This document shows positions 34,562 to 38,640 of a stretch of 38,640 nucleotides of DNA, piece after piece. The notes under the pieces are model-generated. The model did no database searches and had not been told where the DNA came from. It saw only the letters and a program-made list of their open reading frames with translations. Location of the stretch: IMG/VR virus record IMGVR_UViG_3300024308_000004, positions 1-38,640 of that record. One strand, written 5' to 3'. How positions within the stretch are numbered: the first letter of the stretch is position 1; each line of letters starts with the position of its first letter. A program made the translations under genes and the position numbers. The stretch comes from a virus (Duplodnaviria; Heunggongvirae; Uroviricota; Caudoviricetes).

Positions 34562-36618
34562 TGACCATTCCATCCAAAGACTACATTATTGCCGAGTTCA
34601 ATCGGCTCCAGTCGATGCTTGATCCCGGCAAGGTCTTAACCCGTGAGCAGTTCCGAAAGGGCGCAGCGGTATCGACCAGTCAGGTAGAGCATCAATTCGG
34701 TTCGTTCGCCGAACTTAAACGTGCCGCTGGAGCCGCTCCGACCCGCGCCGATACGAAGGTACTCAACGCTGTCGCCAAGATTGCGACCGTTTCACGACGC
34801 GACGACCTGATTGCCGAACGTGAGACTTATGGCGAAGACTACTTACGCACCGACGAATCGCGCTACAAGACCATGCTGGTCGCTACGGACTTACACGACA
34901 AGGAAATCGACCCGTTCTTCCTGCGTGTGTTCCTGGATACCGCGAAGCGCGTACAGCCGGAGACTGTAGTCCTGGGTGGTGACGTGTTTGATCTGCCGGA
35001 ATTCGGTCGCTACAACGTGGACCCGCGTGAGTGGGACGCAGTAGGCCGCATCAAGTTCACCCATGAAAACATCCTGGGTCCGCTGCGTGAGAACGTACCG
35101 GATGCGCAGATCGACCTGATCGAAGGCAACCATGAATGCGTCACGCCAGATACGGAAGTGCTGACTGACAAGGGCTGGATGACTGCACATGACTTCTACG
35201 AGGCGCACACGCGTTTACGGACAGAAGACGCCCCCAAGATCGCATCGTTCGGCGACCCGAGTTTCAAGGGCTTCCCTGAGCGTCTGAGTTACGCGCCACC
35301 AATTGCTGTTGCTCGCCAGAACGCACGCAAGGTCGTTGAACTGACCGGCTTATTCAAGCGCGAAAAGGTTACTCTGAATCACAACCTGGTTACTTACAAT
35401 GGTCTGAATTCAGTGGAATACATGATGCGAGAAGGTAGCCTGCGCGGCGAGAACCTGGTGCAGGCTATCGACAAGAAGACCGAAGACCAGGACCTGGAGC
35501 TTGACTGGAGCATTGTGCGTTTAGCCGTATGGGTTTCCACGACCGGGTCGGTGATGCGTGATGAAGAAGGCGTTCCGTATCTGCTGTTCAATAAGGTTCC
35601 GCGTCGCATGGTTCGTCGTCTCAAGTCCATTGCAACCAACTGCGATCTGAAATGGCAGACCAAGAATCAGTCCGTCGAACTGTTTGGCTCCAAGCTGCAA
35701 GGCTTACTGGAAGTCATCACTGGCGATCCAAAAGTCGAAGGCCGATGGGCAAAGGTACCGGACTGGATGGAACGTCTGCCGTGTCATTACGGCATGATCG
35801 TTGCGGAAGAACTGACTTGGGCCAGCACACTGGGCTTCATGTCGAGCCGGACCAATTACTACAACGGTCACGGTCATGAAACCGCAGACGCTTGGCAAAT
35901 GTTCCTGGTGATGCGTGACGTACCGTGTACGGTCAGAAAGCTCCCGCTGGGCCAATACACCCTGATCTTTAACCCCGAAAACATCATGGAACGTTATCGT
36001 GGTAACAAGATCAAGGTCAGCAAACCCGAACTGGCTCAGGTGATTTCGATCCAGACCGAAAACAGCACGCTGGTTACCCGTATGGATGGCTGCATCAACT
36101 TCACGGGTAACTGCCGACTGGTCAAGCACCTTGCTGATTTCAGCCCTGCAACCCGTAGTATCCTGGGTGATCTGCATGGCATGACGATTGGTGATTTGTT
36201 CGGTCTGCGGAAGTTTGAAATCAACTATGTCGCCAAGGCAGACCTGAAAGCGTACAGCGCCAAAGAACACGACAAGGAACTGGAAAACAACTATCGGGTT
36301 TATTACGATAACGTTCTGATCCATCACTTCCCGCACGCTCGACACATGGGTATGCCCGGCGTAAATGGTCATCACCATCGTCATCAGGTTTGGCCGATGT
36401 TCAACCTTCATCAGGGTGCGTATACGTGGCACCAGTTGGGTGCAGGACATAAACGATCCGCGTCGTATTGTGAAGGTGAACGCTGGCACACCGGGTTCGC
36501 ATTGATCCATGTAGACACGATGACCAAGTCGGTCAACATCGAATATATCCCGATCACGGATATAGCGGTCGTAGGTGGTAAGTGGTACGCGCGTGAAGCG
36601 ACAGAACTGGTTACCTAA
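34561..36618 (+). CDS. Calcineurin-like metallophosphoesterase interrupted by an intein
   Basis: TDLHD, GGDVFD, GNHE, GHHH motifs; N-terminal helical repeat (QFGSFAELKRAAG). Confidence 0.9.
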   Translation: MTIPSKDYIIAEFNRLQSMLDPGKVLTREQFRKGAAVSTSQVEHQFGSFAELKRAAGAAPTRADTKVLNAVAKIATVSRRDDLIAERETYGEDYLRTDESRYKTMLVATDLHDKEIDPFFLRVFLDTAKRVQPETVVLGGDVFDLPEFGRYNVDPREWDAVGRIKFTHENILGPLRENVPDAQIDLIEGNHECVTPDTEVLTDKGWMTAHDFYEAHTRLRTEDAPKIASFGDPSFKGFPERLSYAPPIAVARQNARKVVELTGLFKREKVTLNHNLVTYNGLNSVEYMMREGSLRGENLVQAIDKKTEDQDLELDWSIVRLAVWVSTTGSVMRDEEGVPYLLFNKVPRRMVRRLKSIATNCDLKWQTKNQSVELFGSKLQGLLEVITGDPKVEGRWAKVPDWMERLPCHYGMIVAEELTWASTLGFMSSRTNYYNGHGHETADAWQMFLVMRDVPCTVRKLPLGQYTLIFNPENIMERYRGNKIKVSKPELAQVISIQTENSTLVTRMDGCINFTGNCRLVKHLADFSPATRSILGDLHGMTIGDLFGLRKFEINYVAKADLKAYSAKEHDKELENNYRVYYDNVLIHHFPHARHMGMPGVNGHHHRHQVWPMFNLHQGAYTWHQLGAGHKRSASYCEGERWHTGFALIHVDTMTKSVNIEYIPITDIAVVGGKWYAREATELVT
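35137..36111 (+). mobile_element. Intein (325 aa) with a degenerate LAGLIDADG-like insert
   Basis: Block A C1-VTPDTEVLTDKGW, block B TLNH, C-terminal LVTRMDGCINFTGN followed by Cys+1; inserted right after GNHE. Confidence 0.9.
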
Positions 36619-36651
36619 CATGAAGTAAAATCTAGGTATAACTAGGTATCA

Positions 36652-36705
36652 AATGAAAAGCCCTGATGGTATGCTACGAACATACCCCGTCAGGGCTTTT
36701 TCATT
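36652..36705. terminator. Long hairpin, probable bidirectional terminator
   Basis: AATGAAAAGCCCTGATGG...CCGTCAGGGCTTTTTCATT with an inner GGTATG/CATACC stem; A-tract before and T-tract after. Confidence 0.8.
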
Positions 36706-36719
36706 AGAGGATCTACCAC

Positions 36720-37481
36720 ATGGCAAAAGGCCGTAACACCACTAAGCCGCAGCGTAGTAAGCAGGATCGCAATAGCGCCAACAAGATGCAGGAGTTAAAT
36801 CAGCAGGCGCAGGATGAATATCAGTACCAGCGTAAGCGTAAGCCAGTTAAGCCCCTGGCGCCTATCAATGAAGCTCAAGGTCAGTACATTTGCGCCATTG
36901 ATTCCAAGCAACTGACCTTCGGTCTGGGTCCTGCTGGCACTGGTAAGACGTACATTTGCACCCGCATGGCTTGTGACGCGTTGGATAACAAGGAGATTGA
37001 CAAGATCATTGTGACCCGCCCGGCTGTGGAAGCCTCCGACGGTGGTATTGGTTTCCTCCCTGGCGATATCCATGAGAAGTTCGCGCCTTACTTCGCACCA
37101 TTCCGTGCGGTCTTTGAAGAAGTTTGGGGTCCAGGCAAGACTGAGTACCTGATTAAGACCGGCGTGATTGAGATTGCCCCGCTGGAATTCATTCGTGGTC
37201 TGACCTTCAAGAACGCCTTTGTGATCCTGGACGAAGCGCAGAACACCACTCCGGGTCAAATGAAGCTGTTCCTGACTCGTCTGGGTGAAGATGCTCGGAT
37301 CGTTATCAATGGCGATATTTCGCAGAAGGACATTCCGGGCAAGTCAGGTCTGGAAGATGCGGTGAATCGTTTGAACACCGAATACATGCGGGATAATTAC
37401 GTGTATATCCATGAGTTCACCGAAGATGACATTGTTCGTTCCGGTATCGTAAAACAAATCCTGCTGGCTTACCGAGATTAA
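36720..37481 (+). CDS. phoH: PhoH-family ATPase
   Basis: GPAGTGKTY, VTRPAVE, IGFLPGD, APLEFIRG, LDEAQN, GDISQKD, DIVRSG. Confidence 0.97.
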   Translation: MAKGRNTTKPQRSKQDRNSANKMQELNQQAQDEYQYQRKRKPVKPLAPINEAQGQYICAIDSKQLTFGLGPAGTGKTYICTRMACDALDNKEIDKIIVTRPAVEASDGGIGFLPGDIHEKFAPYFAPFRAVFEEVWGPGKTEYLIKTGVIEIAPLEFIRGLTFKNAFVILDEAQNTTPGQMKLFLTRLGEDARIVINGDISQKDIPGKSGLEDAVNRLNTEYMRDNYVYIHEFTEDDIVRSGIVKQILLAYRD

Positions 37482-37531
37482 AGAAAACCAACCCTGACCA
37501 TGCGTATACTCTTGAAAACAATTCACAGGGT

Positions 37532-38215
37532 ATGCGCATGGTCAATGATTACTTCAAGGGTTTAGAAATGTCGGCATTGACTGCCGATAAGTTCACTCTT
37601 ACCAACATCGATCCTAAGGTCATCAAAGAAGATCGTGACCTTTTGGATTGCAAGTTCTGGGATTACAAGATGTGGCATCCAGCTGTTGCCACTATGTACT
37701 TCGTCCATCGCTATCACATCATCGCCGAGAAGGTGATTGAGCGTGAAGTGGGCGAGAAACAGGCTGCGAACTACAGGCGTATGGCAGGTCGTTATGATCT
37801 GCGACATATGCCACTACGCACGATTCGAGCCTTCTGGAAAGCCCGTATGCACGCAGACGCCATTGGGTGTACCTATGACGTGTATATCCGAGCATCCATC
37901 CGTAACTTCCGCGCGAACCATAAACTATACGCTACGGTGAAAGCCAGTGGTGGTAGACAAGTCATGCCCTACGCAAACCAAATGACCAACAAGTTTGTGA
38001 TCGAACAGGCGATTCTGGATTGGACCCAAGAAAAGAAAGCACGTTTCCCGTTACCTAAGTCTGAGGGGATTCGCAACAACCCGGACTTATGGTTCCGTCC
38101 TGAAATGGAAAAGTGGTTAGAAGAAGAAGCGAAGCGGTCCGAGTTTGTTAACTCACGACTCCGCGAAGCTAAACGGGAAGGGTTCATTCTTGAACCAAAT
38201 CATCCCGTCGTATAA
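37532..38215 (+). CDS. Conserved phage hypothetical protein upstream of the replicative helicase (start possibly 37568)
   Basis: 227-aa ORF in operon context; KFWDYKMWHP, ADAIGCTYDVYI. Confidence 0.68.
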   Translation: MRMVNDYFKGLEMSALTADKFTLTNIDPKVIKEDRDLLDCKFWDYKMWHPAVATMYFVHRYHIIAEKVIEREVGEKQAANYRRMAGRYDLRHMPLRTIRAFWKARMHADAIGCTYDVYIRASIRNFRANHKLYATVKASGGRQVMPYANQMTNKFVIEQAILDWTQEKKARFPLPKSEGIRNNPDLWFRPEMEKWLEEEAKRSEFVNSRLREAKREGFILEPNHPVV

Positions 38216-38239
38216 TTGTTGCAACGTATGGAGGTGTCT

Positions 38240-38452
38240 ATGACACAAGAACCGGTATTGGACGGCTACTTAGGAAGAGAAGTCGTCGTATTCATTGATG
38301 GGCACGACATTGCAGGCGAGTTTGCTGGATATGACCAGTGGTCCTACTGCATCAAACTGTATGAGGAGCTAGTCACTATCAACCGACGTGCGGTCGATAT
38401 GATTATGCCAGTAGCAATCTGGGAAAGAATCAAAGAGGAACGTAATGACTAA
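38240..38452 (+). CDS. Hfq/Sm-like protein (70 aa)
   Basis: RBS GGAGG; QEPVL...V...G..I.G...YDQW...K...INRRAV..I.P parallels Hfq QDPFL...V...G..L.G...FDQF...K...VYKHAI..V.P. Confidence 0.72.
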   Translation: MTQEPVLDGYLGREVVVFIDGHDIAGEFAGYDQWSYCIKLYEELVTINRRAVDMIMPVAIWERIKEERND

Positions 38453-38640
38453 GACCTATGAAGATTTCGGTGAGGACTTCCAGACTCAGATTCTGGCGTA
38501 CCTGTTCCGGGATACTCATTTCCTGAACCGTTGTGAAGGTCTGGTGCAACCGGAATACTTCACAACGGAAGTTCACGCATCGCTGGCGAAGGTTGCTAAC
38601 GATTACTTCGCAGTTCATAAGGGCCCGCCGTCCCGAGCCT
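38445..38640 (+). CDS. Probable DnaB-like replicative helicase, N-terminal fragment (runs off the right edge)
   Basis: MTKTYEDFGEDFQTQILAYLFRDTHFLNRCEGLVQPEYFTTEVHASLAKVANDYF resembles phage DnaB N-termini; overlaps the Hfq-like stop by 8 bp; catalytic motifs are outside the window. Confidence 0.62.
   Translation, partial: MTKTYEDFGEDFQTQILAYLFRDTHFLNRCEGLVQPEYFTTEVHASLAKVANDYFAVHKGPPSRA

Larger units (their letters stand above)
1..38640. mobile_element. Segment of a siphovirus-like phage (possibly phage-plasmid) genome
   Basis: Complete, syntenic packaging-head-tail-lysis modules flanked by phage helicases, ParB-like genes and PhoH; no recognisable host housekeeping genes. Confidence 0.97.

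Noticed and set aside
1-38640. tRNA, rRNA, CRISPR, integrase, transposase
   Set aside because: Intergenic gaps are short and none showed a cloverleaf or repeat-spacer pattern; no recombinase or transposase motifs were seen in the translations.

Overview
The whole window is part of a tailed dsDNA phage (siphovirus-type) genome. Left arm, minus strand: an AAA+ ATPase running off the left edge (missing from the ORF track), a secreted SleB-like cell-wall hydrolase, a small DNA-binding-like protein and an SF2 helicase. A long plus-strand block follows: ParB-like, ParB-like, stand-alone ABC ATPase, GNAT-like acetyltransferase, winged HTH, TerS, TerL, portal, scaffold, major capsid, neck genes, major tail, tail assembly chaperone with a -1 frameshift, tape measure, lambda-like M/L/K/I, and a 2603-aa J protein carrying seven carbohydrate-binding-like modules. 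Next come an antisense secreted moron, a lysis cassette (holin, SLT endolysin, overlapping spanins), an intein-containing metallophosphoesterase, PhoH, a conserved hypothetical gene, a 70-aa Hfq/Sm-like protein and the start of a probable DnaB-like helicase. From recall, the gene order resembles SSU5/pHCM2-type phage-plasmids. The most unusual signals are (1) the Hfq-like gene, (2) a bipartite 20 bp + N17 + 15 bp element present as two exact inverted copies bracketing the 25-kb virion module, (3) the ParB-ParB-ABC-GNAT module in front of the terminase, a candidate packaging-coupled DNA modification system, and (4) an intein at the phosphoesterase GNHE active-site motif. No tRNA, rRNA, CRISPR array, integrase or transposase was recognised. 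All family assignments come from reading motifs by eye; no searches were run.
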